Shown one piece after another: positions 44,866 to 57,201 of a stretch of DNA of 64,000 nt. Location: the NCBI GenBank assembly GCA_043228905.1, contig JBHGNT010000009.1, forward strand, positions 13,640,001 through 13,704,000, given 5' to 3'. The notes beneath the pieces were generated by a model. That model saw only the letters and a program-made list of their open reading frames with translations, had not been told where the DNA came from and made no database searches. The translations under genes and the position numbers were made by a program. Position 1 is the first letter of the stretch. Every line of letters starts with the position of its first letter. The DNA is from Azolla caroliniana. Lineage: Eukaryota; Plantae; Polypodiophyta.

Positions 44866-45838
44866 TTACCCCACTGCAATGATTCTCGCTAGGAAGAACA
44901 TCCATGCTGTGGCAAATCCACTGAGAATGTAATGAGCTACTCCCACAACACGTCCATGTATGATACTTAGAGCTCTGGGCGGAGTAACAGGAGCAACTTT
45001 CAATTTATTATGAGCCCAAACAATAGATTCAATCAATTCTTGCTAGTATCCATGACTGTTGAATAGGAACATTAAACTGAAAGCCCAAACGAAATGAGCT
45101 CCCCAAAAAAAGAGACCATATGCCGATAATAAGGAACCATAAGATTGAATAAAATGGGAAGTCTATGCCCATACGAAGTCCCGCAACCATCCATTGATGG
45201 TTGTTGAACTCTGCACAAAATTTCCTCCGGTAATGTGGCTCACTGCCCCTTGGTCACTCACACTACCCCATACATTAGATTGCATCTTCCAACTAAAGTA
45301 AAATAAAACTATTGATATACAGTTGTACATCCAAAACAACCCTTAAAAGACGTGATCCAAAGCAAATACCTGGTAGGTACCCCCCCTACCGGGTTCGTTG
45401 CAAGGGAAACAGAAACTAAGATTGGCTTTATCGAGTATTAGAGGCGAACTACGTGCAAATAGAACACCTTTTAGTAATATTAATACAGTAACATGAATTG
45501 TAGATGCATGAATGTGGTGTACCAAGAAAACTACAACTGGTAGCTTATAGGATTGGTGCTAAAGCAACTTTTCCAGCTAGTGCTACTAGGTTGCTGCCTC
45601 CCCCCCAAGTTAGGCTAGTGCTCGCCACTGAATTGGGCACGGTTAAACAAGGAGCTGATGCATGATTATTTTGTACCCACTAAGCAAATATAGGTTGTAG
45701 CTCAATAGCAGTATCTGAAAATATATCTTGGGGGTGTCCCAAATCACTCATAGTATCATTATGAATGTATAGGCCAAAGCTGTGAAAACCCAAAAAGATA
45801 TAGACCCACTTAAGGTGTGATATTATGCATCATGACGC
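44866..45838 (-). pseudogene. psaA: psaA 3' part, NUPT pseudogene
   Basis: [26 protein letters not shown]...[11 protein letters not shown] (FX loop)...FSWKMQS...[14 protein letters not shown]...[10 protein letters not shown]. Confidence 0.96.
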
Positions 45839-48800
45839 CACATGTTAGACATTATGTAGTACTAATGTAGAACCACCTGGGTTGAGTTCTACAGTGCCGA
45901 TACCAATAATAGTGCAATGTTGCGAATTCCCGACTCGTACTGAGTCGGAGTGTCAGACCGAATATTGCCGAAATTGGGATTTGTGAGGGGTCACATGGTA
46001 GGATGCATCTGAATCCAAGATCCATGTCCTTGATTCCTCAGTCGTAAGCAGAACTTCTGATTCGACTAGGTTTTCAATGGATAGTATGTTCGGGTCATTC
46101 AACAATGCTTCAGTTGAAGAGCTGATGTAATTGACATCCTCATACCAGCCACTCTTTCGATCAGCTTGCTGAGTCTTATCATTCTTGGCTTTGAGTGCAC
46201 AAAAATCGTCTTTGATGTGCCCGGGTTTCTTGAAGTAGTTGCATATTCGATTGTCTCAAGACTTGCTCCGCCTTCGTGGGTTGTTCGGCTGTCGGGAAGA
46301 GCTTCTTCCTCGACTGTTCGATCGGTCAGTCGAACCCTGTACTACATAAGAGTCATTGGCCCAATCATTTGCACATGATTTTCTCCAAGATGCATCAGTT
46401 AGGATTGCGCTTGTGATTGCGGAGTACTTAACAATGATAGTCGACACATTGCACATAGTTCTAATGAACGTTTCCCATGACGGGGGGAGACTACTCATGA
46501 GCAACATTACTCTCAATTCATCTTTGATTGTCGTCCCCTAAACTGAGATCTAGGAGCTTAAACTTTCGTACTCGTTCAGGTGTTCCTGGACTAAGTCAGA
46601 TTCTTTCTTCTGCAGGTTGTGGAGACGTTGGATCATGTCTTACAATGTCTTCCATAGTTGAAAGGTTGTCGAACACGATTGCTCTGTGAAGTACACTGAC
46701 TCTGACAAGTGCATCTGAATTGTGGCATGGATTATTTTGTCCCGTTTCGGCCATTCGTTCGGTTTGTATCCTTCTAGAGCATTTTTATTTTCAATGGGGT
46801 CAATTTACCCCTTGACTATCAAAAGTTGAAGTTCGAACAATCAAACTTCCTTAGACTCATATCTGACAAGCCGGATGTTGATGCCATCTGTGTCGATTTG
46901 CTAGATTTTGTCCAGAGTCGAGTATGAACAATGGTGGAGTGCAACCGACTAGCTCACTCAATGTTGTTCTAGTCGGATTTGGACACAAGTCGAATCGATT
47001 TCAATTGTTGGCAGATTCTATTAGAAGTGACAACAATCAATCGACTTAGCCGAATTGGACTCGAATTTGCTGATTCGATTTCGAATGTCGATTTCACGAT
47101 GCCGATTATCTAGGTCGATCCTACTTCGAGTGATTGCAACGATGAGAGGGACGGTGCCAACTGGTCCTCACGAGTGTCATTCAGCCGAATAAAACATGGA
47201 GTGGGGTTGTTCCCTAGAGCTAGATCTAGTTTGAGAAGTTACAACAAATGAGTAGAAAGTGTCCAACCTGGTAAAGCACGATCAAGACGGATTTGATGGA
47301 GATTCCACTCCTAGCAACTCCAATCATAGAAGCTAGGTACATCCGATTGGCTTACCTTAAGAGTGATGCAACGAAGTGGAGTGCTAATCTTCTGTTTTTC
47401 TTTCTCTCCTCAAGGTGAGATCTTGAACTTAGGTTCTTTAAAGGAGATGATGCAAGAATGTTGTTGAACACTGATGATGACTGGCAACGAGTTGAAGAAC
47501 CTCTGCTCTAATACCAGATGTTGGAGCTTGAGACCGTCAAAGTTGAAACATAAACACCACCTTGAGATACAGATAACTAAGTTAGCAAGGTAGAAGTAGC
47601 AAGATCAGAGAAGCAACGTGAGGGAGAGAGAGAAACAGAGATGGAGACACAGAGAAGCATACAAGTCTAATCGGGTTTTATTCTGAATAGTTCTCTAACA
47701 ATAGCAACAACAACAAACTAGGTTACAACGCTACTTATACACTAACTAGGCTAGGGTTTGCCCTTTCACATATTTACAAAATTGTCCTAATTCTAATTTG
47801 TCCAAGATACAATGTTGAATACAGCCATTATAGACCAGTATTCGACATAGGATAGATCCATGTCTGCCTAAAGAAGTCATCGATGGACGTGACATAATAT
47901 CGGCATCCGCCGAATGTGGTTGTCTGTGCCGACCCCATACATCTAAATGTACTACATCCAGGATCCCTTAGCTCACATTCCTCTCTTTCGGGAACGGTTG
48001 TCGGTCGTTTCGGCAAGTTTTTCTCATTCATCATGGCCCTTGCCACCTTTACTATGTGCCGATTCTTTCGTTTGACTACTCTGTTTTGTTGAGGTTTGTG
48101 TCGACACGTGAATGCTTGTTGAATTCCTTCCTTCCGGATATACACTATAAATTTGTCCGAGAAATACTCCTTGCCTCCATCCGATCGAAGGCATCGAACA
48201 TGCCGACTTGAGTCTTTTTCCACTTCATTTTTAAACCTTTGGAAGTGTTTGAATAGTTCACTCTTCTGCTGCATAGGATAGATCCGCCGAATCTGGTTGC
48301 CTGTGTTGGCCCCCATACATTTGAATGTACTACATCCAAGATCCCTTTGCTCACGTTCCTCTCTTTCAGGAAAGGTTGTTAGTGTTGTTTGTCGCATTGA
48401 GAGGATTCACATACACCTACCATCTCGTTTTCGGTAAAAGTCAGGAGTTTGATGACGATTCCTTTTGACTACATTGCTCTGAGCTTTTGGATATTTATGT
48501 TGCTAATTCATTTGTGCCACAGTTTCAAGTCGGTTTCGACTTTGAGGCCTTTTGCAAACATGGCCGATTTCACCTCGTTCGATTCGAGGATGAACATTCG
48601 GCCTTCTCTTCGACCGTGAGCTATGAGTTGATCGTCTTTTTCAATGAAACACCCATCATTATTGAATCGTGCTTGCATGCCTTGTTCTGTTGAGATTTCG
48701 GTCCCTCCGAATGGGGACCGGTCGAGCTGGATCGGAGGATCCAAGGGAGGAAGCTAGAACAGATGGATCCGGACCGAGTTCGGTAGGATTCGGTATGAAC

Positions 48801-50944
48801 CGTGAAGAGAGATAGATTTGTAAGTATGTTTCTTATGGGACGTTGAGGCCATTTTTTGTAAATATCCTGTAAGTTATATTAGTATAAATATAACTAAGGC
48901 AAATGCATACAAAGTTGTTGTTGTCATCATTGTGTGGGAGTTAGTTAGCGTTGTACACACACACACAGAGTGATACAGAAAGTCTTTAGTTATAACCGTC
49001 GACTGGCGAAGCTAGAGCAAGAGGTCGTTGCCTCCGATTCTGACATTGTAGTACCTCTCCTCTATAGTGATCCTGTTCGGAGTCAGAGAACTCCCGTGGT
49101 TTTGCCTCTTGAGGTTTTCCACGTAAATATCCGATGTCGCCTCGTTTGATTGTGTAAGTGCATTCATTCTCTTGTTAATCTTCCATTTGTATTGTGAAAC
49201 TCAGTTGTGGTCGAGCGTGATTATTTGCAATCTAGTCTCAAAGCAAGGTTTCAAGCCTAAATAGAAAATGGAAGATCCATTTAGCAGCATGTTCAAGCTC
49301 ACCGGCTCCAACTATTCAGTGTGGAAGTCAACGATGAGGGACATTCTGGTAGTCAAAGATATCTGGTTGTTGGTACAATTTGAAGATGCAAAACCGGAAA
49401 CCGGACAAAATAGATGTGCCAACTTGGGAGGTGATGCACATGAAGACGACAACCTACATTCGATGCTTCATCGACATGAGCCTCTACAACAACTTCCATG
49501 AAGAGAGTAAGGCTCATGAACTCTTGGAGAAGATAGGCCTCATGTTTCAGAACAAGAATGTTGTAAATCAAGTCTTAGTATTTTGGAAGTTAGTGAGACT
49601 CAGATTTCAAGATGGTTCTAGCATGGCGGAGCACATGAATGCCTTCCAGGGGCTCATAAATCAGACAACCTTGTTGGAAGTACCCCTAGCCGATGAGGTA
49701 CTTGCATTGTTGCTGCTCGGTTCCCTCCCAGATAGTTGGGAGATGTTAGTTGCAATGTTGGGCAACGCCAGGTCGGAAGGTAAACACCTCCGTAGCTAGG
49801 CTAAAATCAAGCTTGCTAGACGAAGAGGCTCATCGGAAAGACTAGGAAGTGATCTCCGACCCAAAAACCCTAGTTATTGAAACCGACACACAACGGGGAA
49901 GAGGTCGGAATCAGAGTCCCCAGAACTGAGAAAAGTCGGGGATGAGGTCAAAATCACGGGGGAGGCCCACATGCTTCTATTGTGGGAAGCCGGGGCATTT
50001 CTAGAAGAACTGCCGACACTACCGGAAAGAGAAAGGAGTCAAAAGCGCCAACTCAAAGAAGAATTCAGATCGGAAGAGCTCGCATCAAAAGGGAATGGTG
50101 GCAATTGCGACAAGTGAGGAAGAACTACCGCTCATCATCGAGGAAAGTGAGCTACATCTTGTCAGTGACGAAATGATGTGGGTGGTCGACTCCAGAGCGT
50201 CATTCCATCTAACTCTCAAGCGGAAGTGCTTCGCATCATATAGAGTCGGAGATCACAACTGTGTGAGGATGGGGAATGATTGTGCATGCCGAATTGTCAG
50301 CATAAGAGACATGTGATTGACGACGTCAATCGCATGCAAGTTGTTGCTAAAAGATGTCTAACACGTTCCGGAGGTTCAGTTGAACCTGATATCAGCTAGT
50401 TGGCTGGATGATGAGGGCTACACGGGTAGCATCAAGAACGGATTCATGAAGTTCAGAAAAGGGAACCTGATTGTGGTCCGAGCCCAGAAGATCAACACAC
50501 TATATATGATGCATGCCTAGATTTGAGGTGAGGACACTAAATGTGGCAGTAGATGTTGTCTGCCTGGCCGGACTAGCCTCAACACAGGTGTCTATCCGAC
50601 ACTTCTCCAAAGGGGTGGTAAGGATTGGATGCTAGGTTACACGCGTAAGATGATTACAATTAAGCACAGACGGTAAACAATACGAGATACAGATAAACAC
50701 GCAATAATTACTATTGTATTACTTCCGTCAAACCCTTTACAAATCATCGGATCCTTTTATAGGCATCCGGCAAGGTTACAATCGGTGCGCTTAGGCAACC
50801 GACGTCCGAATCGGTCCGGATCCGGATCGGTACAACTGTACCGGATCTGTCCCTCCGAATAATAATTCTACTATTATTTACTTCCTATTATCCGATCCGA
50901 CTCCGCCTTCCCACTTGTCCTTGCTCTTCTGACCGGCCAACACA

Positions 50945-50960
50945 TGGCACGCCCGTGGGA
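50945..50960 (+). promoter_or_regulatory. Inverted second PBS-like site (tRNA-Arg UCU) at the PPT position of gypsy G
   Basis: TGGCACGCCCGTGGGA lies 2 nt from the 3' LTR boundary. The same motif in the opposite orientation is at 26646-26661. No purine tract is present. Confidence 0.7.
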
Positions 50961-50992
50961 AAGTGCCTTGCACTTCGAATCCACTCCCGGCC

Positions 50993-53990
50993 TCATTCTT
51001 CCTCCAAAATATCGAGCACACTCTGCTCGATGGTGTCAAGTGGTGCTTCTTCCTCCTGTTCCTGTTCCTTGCCTGCCTGGTCCCCGACCTCCGGTCGGGT
51101 GGGCTGTTCCGTAAAAATTTGCTGCTCCGGCTCTGCTTGATTCTGTGGTGCCGGTGCTTCCTCACCGCTTCGTCTGGGTTCTTCCTGTTCTCCCTCTGTT
51201 CCAGGCTCTGTTCTGTTACCAATGTCGCTTTCTCCGGTCTCGACTGGTTGGCTCGGTACGCCTTCTTCCTCTGCTCTGGTGTCTTCCGGTCTCAGCTCTT
51301 CTTCTTCTCCGGCATTGGTCTACTCCTGCTCTTCTTCTTCTCCTTCGAATGGAAGTTCTTCTTCGGGTATTCCTCGTCGGGGTTGTTCGGTGTCGGTTGG
51401 TTCAACTTCAGCCGGTCGCTCTCCCTCACTTATAGTGATTGGCGTCGTTCTTCCCTTAGCTTCCTGTCGTAACCGGTCCTGCTCGTATCTCTCCAACTCC
51501 AACTGAGTTGCGAGCTGCCCATCATCCAACCTCTCTACCAACCCTCGGATTTCTTTGAGATGTTCTTCCGCTAAAGTGTAGAAATCTTCCGACAATTCTT
51601 CCCGAATGGCGACGATACTTTCCTCATCCATCTAGTAGAACTTGTCACCGGTCTTCCTCCGATTCTCGGCATCCGCTCGGAGTGTCTGCAGCTCGGCTGC
51701 CTGTTGTGACCACTCCTTCCATAGCTTTTCCGTCCTTTCGTTGATGCTTGCCTGAGCTCGGGTACTCCATCCTGACATGATGAGCTTGATCCGGTCAACC
51801 CCTGCCTTAGCATGCGCATAAGCTTCTTGCTTTTCCTTCCTTGCCCGTTTTATAATGTCGGCCATTATCTGAGCCTGGGCCTCGTAATCCGCTTTCTGCT
51901 TTTCATAGGTACTTTGCAGTTTGCTGATCGTGAAGGTCGATTTTTCCTTTTCTTCATTCCTGATCTTGGTCAGATCCAGTTTTTCCCGCCTTAGCGCCTC
52001 TAATTCCTTCCTTCTCTCCGTCGCTTGGGCTATTTCCTCCGACAATGCTTCCTTGTTGGCACTGACCTCATCTATTGCCTTAGCCAGGTCTAATCGGGTC
52101 TCTTTGAGCTGTTCTTTCAGCTTCTCTATTTGCCGGTCGTAGTCTGCTGCCCGTTTCTTGTTGTCCGACTCGGCTTGCTTGTGATCTCGGTAGAGACGGT
52201 CGAAGTCCTCCGTCTTCTACTTCAGGCGTCGGTTTGCCTAAGCTCTTAACCGATCGTCCCGGTCCTTCTATTGTCGGAGTTCTTCCTGCAGTCGTTCTAT
52301 CTCCTACTCGGCATGTCAACGCAGTCGGTCCTTCTCCTTTTGCAGCTTCTCTTTTTCTTCTTGCAGTCGGTCATTAGTGGCTCGACCTTTCCGGAGGCCT
52401 TCTTCCATTTTTCGTCTGTCGTCCTCCACCGCTTTCCGCTGCTCCCTTTCTCTTTCCCTTAATGCCTCCTGAGCTTTTAATTCCTCTCGTAAGGTTTCTA
52501 TTATTTTTTCGGTCTCAGGGCCGGTTTGCAAGGCTACCGGTTCCGGTTCCGGTTCTGGTTGCGTCCTTGTTGTCCCGACTGGCTCAGTGACAACTTGTGC
52601 TTGTTGAATTCCTTCCCTTGCCTACAATAGCTCCCCTTGCATTTCCTCGATCTGTGTTCGGAGCGCGACCAACTCCTGAGTTGTTTTATGCGTCAGCTGT
52701 TGCCTACACGTTTCTTCTTTCTCTAACTGGTCCGCTACTCCCGATAACTGCTCCGAAAGCCATCTCAGCCATTGTGGCTTTGTTCTTCCTGTGTCGGGGT
52801 GGCCTTGCTCAGGCTGTTTTTCCGGCCTTTTCTCTGGCTCCGGCGCTTGTTCATTCTTCTTCTCTGGGATGACCGGTTCTCTAAAGTCCGGCGCAACCGG
52901 TGTCGGTGCTGCTTCCCTCGGTACGGGTTCCGGTACTGCTTCCGCCTTGGCTACTGGAGGTGGTCCTTGCGCCCTCTGCTTAGTTTTGTCAACTGGTGGA
53001 GCCGGTCCTTTCGCCCGTCTCTCCCAACCCTGTCTTGCTGGGAGTCTTACCAGTGGTTCGGATGAGTCTTCTGTTTCAGCTTCCTCCTCCGGTGCGGCTA
53101 CCAGGCGGACCTTTTGTATAAAGACCTCTGGTTCCGGTTCCGGCCGTCGCAGCGTTATATGGATTGGTTTGCGCACTACCGGTTCCTCCTCGGCCGATTT
53201 CCCTTTGCCTTTACCTGCCGGTTTTGCCTTTGTTGCCGGTTCCTGTTGCTGTCGGGATGGTCCTTCCCCCCGTTGTTCTGCTTCTTGCTGGGTCCATCCG
53301 GGGGTGTGTTTCTCCAAGATCTGTCGGCGCTTTGTGACCTTTTTCGGCGTCGTCTCCTGCCAACCTCTTTTCTTTTGTGTGATGGGGAGCACCGGTGGGA
53401 CTAACACCGTTGGCCATTGTGCTATCCCGGCCCATGGCTTTTTTCCTTCCACAAGATTTTTGATGGCCTCCTTCAATCCTTCGGTTATGAAATGGAGCCA
53501 GTCTATTTGTAAGCCTTCATACGCTGCTATTAAGAACGTTGCCCGGTACTTGGCTATGGCCGGGGAACGGGGATTCACGAATCCGTATTCCATCATGGCG
53601 CGGGTCACTTCTCCGAACAGCAGGTTCTCTCCGCCCTGCGTTCGGTACGCCTTGCTGTTGATAGAGTACTCACTGAAATATTCGAACAGGATTTCACTTG
53701 AAGGGTTTTCGATTGTTTGAAGTCCTCCTGCTTTTATCCCCGTGAGCGCCTGCACCGCTCCTTCCGTGACTTCTAATATATCGATCGATGCTGCCGCCTG
53801 CTCTGGTTCTGCATGTGGTGGAGCGTCGGCGATCCGCAGCAATCCTTTTAACCCGTTCTCCCTCATCCATTGGCGTGCCTCTTCCGACAGTACCATTGTT
53901 TCGAATTCTTCTTCTGCTGCCTGTTGTTCGGGATCGGGCTGTGTGTGCTCTGTGCGTCGGATCGCTCTTCTGTGCTTCTACGCCTGTATG
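50993..53990 (-). pseudogene. Sense-strand extra ORF downstream of pol (~1000 codons): globular N-terminal domain, Pro/Glu linker, long coiled coil, acidic tail
   Basis: ORF pieces 52622-53896, 52316-52531, 51632-52045 and 51320-51631 are linked by TAG stops and frameshifts, ending ...VLDILEEE* at 50993. TATATAAG is upstream at ~54035. Confidence 0.75.
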
Positions 53991-54322
53991 TAGGAAAATT
54001 CGTAAAAAGTGAGTCCTTCGCAGGCCTGTGTCTTATATAGTGGCTTTTGCCTCGAGCCGCCCTTTTTCGTTTCTCGCGCATGTTCCTCTCCCGCCATAAT
54101 TAGTATGTCCTTTCTTGTTTGCCGCGTGTGAGTGCCCACGTTCCATGCTTTAAATAGCAAGTACGCGCACGTCCTTCTTTAATGCATGGCGCCTCTTCGT
54201 TGCATGGTGGCGCTCCCACCTCTTGTGATCTCCCCATCATTACTATGATTCGCGTCGATTTTGCCCACGTCTTCTTTTTTTTCTTTTTTTCTTTTTTTCT
54301 TTTTTTCTTTGTTTGGACCACG

Positions 54323-57200
54323 TCATTTGCTGGTCCCCCCCGATTTGTTCGGGTCGGTTCGTGTGGATACCGGATCCTTCTGTCGGTTTTCCGTGATAGT
54401 CTTTGTCAATATCGGTGTCGGTTCCTCATCTTGCCGGATTTCCGGGTTTTGCTTGAACGGGTTTGCTGGCATATTTCCCTTATACGGCTTTAGCCAAAAC
54501 CCATTTGCCCACTTGCCGATGACATCTCCAGACAACGTGCCGGGCTGATACGACCCATTGTACTCCTTGGGTGATCCAGAACGGTCCGGTCCACCGAAAC
54601 CGCAACTTTCCCGGCATGTTCCCCATCCGTGTCTGGAATAGTAGCACCGGTTTCCCGACTTCAAACTCCTTTTCGTTGCCACGCCGGTGTCGGTCCATGA
54701 ATGCTTTTCTCCTCCTTTGCTCCAGTTCGAGTTGTAGTAAGCTGGCTATTCGGTTTTCTTCTAATTCCAACAACGTCGCCAGCCGGATTCGTTCGGACTC
54801 GTTCTCACTTAAGCGCTCCTTCACCTGAATCCGTAAGCTGGGGATCCGGAACTCTACCGGCATGACCGCTTCTAAACCGAATGCTAGCCGAAACGGGGTT
54901 GTCCGGATGCTGGTTTTGTAGGTTGTTCGGTACGCCCATAGCGCGCTTTGCAATTTCGTATCCCAGTCGGTCCGGTTCTCGTTGACGATTTTTCGTAGGA
55001 TGTTCTACAGAGTTTGTGACACTATACACCATTCCCAATGCCTCGCGTTCCGTCGTAGGGTAATTCCGTTCGGCTTTTGAGAGTTTCCGGCTTGCGTAGT
55101 ACACCGGTCAGTACCATTTCGGCTTTGTGAGTTGCATCAGAACGTTGCCGATTGCTACATCCGACGCGTCGACGAAGACGTGAAAGCTTTTACTCCAATC
55201 CGGCGGTTGCACCACCGGAGCTTGCGACAGCATAACCTTCAACGCTTGGTAGGCTTCCTCCTCCGTCTCCGCCCATAGGAAGGGTACCCTATGTACGGCG
55301 GTATGTAACGGTGTAGCGAAGTCTGCGAGGTGCCGTATCATCCGGCTATGCCACCTTATTTGGCCCAGGAACCGGCTTAAAGCCTTTGCGTTATTTGGTG
55401 CTGGTGCCTCGAGAATCGCCTTGACTTTATCCGGATCTACCGCGATTCCTTCCTTACTCACCACGTGCCCTAGTAAGTTGCCGCTTGCCACTCCAAAGAC
55501 GCACTTGGCCGGGTTCAGGCTCAATCGGTACTCGCGGCACTTCTCCAAGCACAGCCGGAGGTGATCGAGATGCTCTCCGTGCCGGCTGTAGACCGCGAAA
55601 TCGTCAAGGAAGACCTGCATAAAACCGGGGATATATTCCCCGAAAATTTCCATTATTATCCTTTGAAAGGTCGATGGAGTCGTCTTTAGTCCGAACATCA
55701 TCACGACCGCGACCAACACTCCCCATTCCGTCACAAACGTTGTCTTCTCCTGGTCGGCCGAGTTCATTCGTATTTGGTTGTAACCGCTAAATCCATCCAG
55801 GAAGCTGTAAACTTCGTGGCCGGCTACCGCATCTAACACCCCGTCCGTAAATGGTAGTGGAAACGCATCGGTCACTGTTGTGGCATTTAGTTTTCGGTAG
55901 TCCACGCATACCCGGATTTTGCCGTTCTTTTTCGGGACCACCACTATCGGACTCAGCCAGGTTGCCTGCTTGACCGGTCGGATAAATCCGACCCGGAGGA
56001 GCTTATCAATTTCCTCCTTCACCTTCGCCGCATAATTCGGATTCGGTTTCGCGTCCGTACTTAGGTGAATTTGGTGCTGATAGAGTTGGGGGTCTAGCCC
56101 TCGCATGTCTTCGTACGACCACGCGAACACATCCTTGAAGTCTGTTAATAATGCTACCATTGCCTTCTTTTCTTCCTTCGGCAACTAATTTGCAACATTT
56201 ACCGGTTGGGGCTTGTCTGCTGTGCTGAGGTCCACCTCCTCTAGTTGGGATGCTTTTACCCTCTAGGATATCGTCATTTCCCTCTCTAGGGATTCCTACG
56301 CTTGTCGCAGTTCTTGGATCACCGCTTGGTCCGGTTCATCCGGCGTCGTAATGTACGGTTCTACTGCCGCCGTGATATCCACCTCAAATAGTGGGACGAT
56401 TCGTGGGTGTTCCTCGAGGTACCGCTCGACTTCCTCGTCCGGTAATCCCTCCAACATGTTAATGCTTTCCGCATACAATGGAGTTGCTTCCTTACTGGTG
56501 ATTACCCGTGGTTGCGTCGTTACTCGTACCTTTGTTTTCCCTCGCCGGAATGTGATCATGTTCTTTTGCCAGCTCTGCTTGATATGCGCCGTTTGCAGCC
56601 ATGGTCGTCCTAGCAGTAGGGGGTACGCGCCTTGTACATTCAACTGCAGCACCACGGCCGATATCCAGAATACGTGGCCTCCGATCGTTACTTCCAAATC
56701 CCGGATAAGCCCTGTCGGTCGGACTGAGCTGGTATCCGCCATGCGTAACCAGAAGGGGCATGGTTCCCATTCCCGGATGCCCAGGTCGTTGCATGTCTGT
56801 TGGCTGATGACATTTACCCCAGAGCCTCCGTCAATAATCGTTCCAGCAATTTCCTTTCCTTTCACGATTGCCGTGATCGCCGGGCTACTTGTATCGACCA
56901 CCGCTGGTCCTTCCTCCGGGTTGGAGAAGAATGCCGGTGCTGGCGTCGGCTTCGGTTTGCTCACGGATGCCTGTAAGTCTGCCGTAAACCGTGGCACCAA
57001 CTATAGTAGTCGTGCTAACGGCAGCACGATTTGACAGTCCTATAGCGCTTGCCACGTAGGGTTTTCTCCTGGCTGTATGATTTCTTCGTCTTTTGGCATA
57101 TTTTGGTCTCTTACTTCTGCCGCATTCTGTTCATTGGCCTTCTTGATCCATTGTGCCACTTGTTTTCTAATTGCCTCCTGGGCTTCCCACTCGGCGGTCT
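54323..57200 (-). pseudogene. pol of gypsy G (PR, RT, partial RNase H, integrase C-terminus)
   Basis: PIVVVPKKNGKIRVCVDYRKLN, FLDGFSGYNQI, VFVDASDVAIG, NYPTTEREALG and SALWAYRTTYK. Premature stops and deletions. Confidence 0.9.
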
Positions 57201-57201
57201 T

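Noticed and set aside
44597-45838. Functional plastid genes or plastome contamination
   Set aside because: Multiple stops and frameshifts, and TSD-bounded nuclear retrotransposons inside psaB.
50993-53990. Extra ORF as a retroviral-type envelope
   Set aside because: No evident signal peptide or hydrophobic transmembrane stretch; mostly charged coiled coil.
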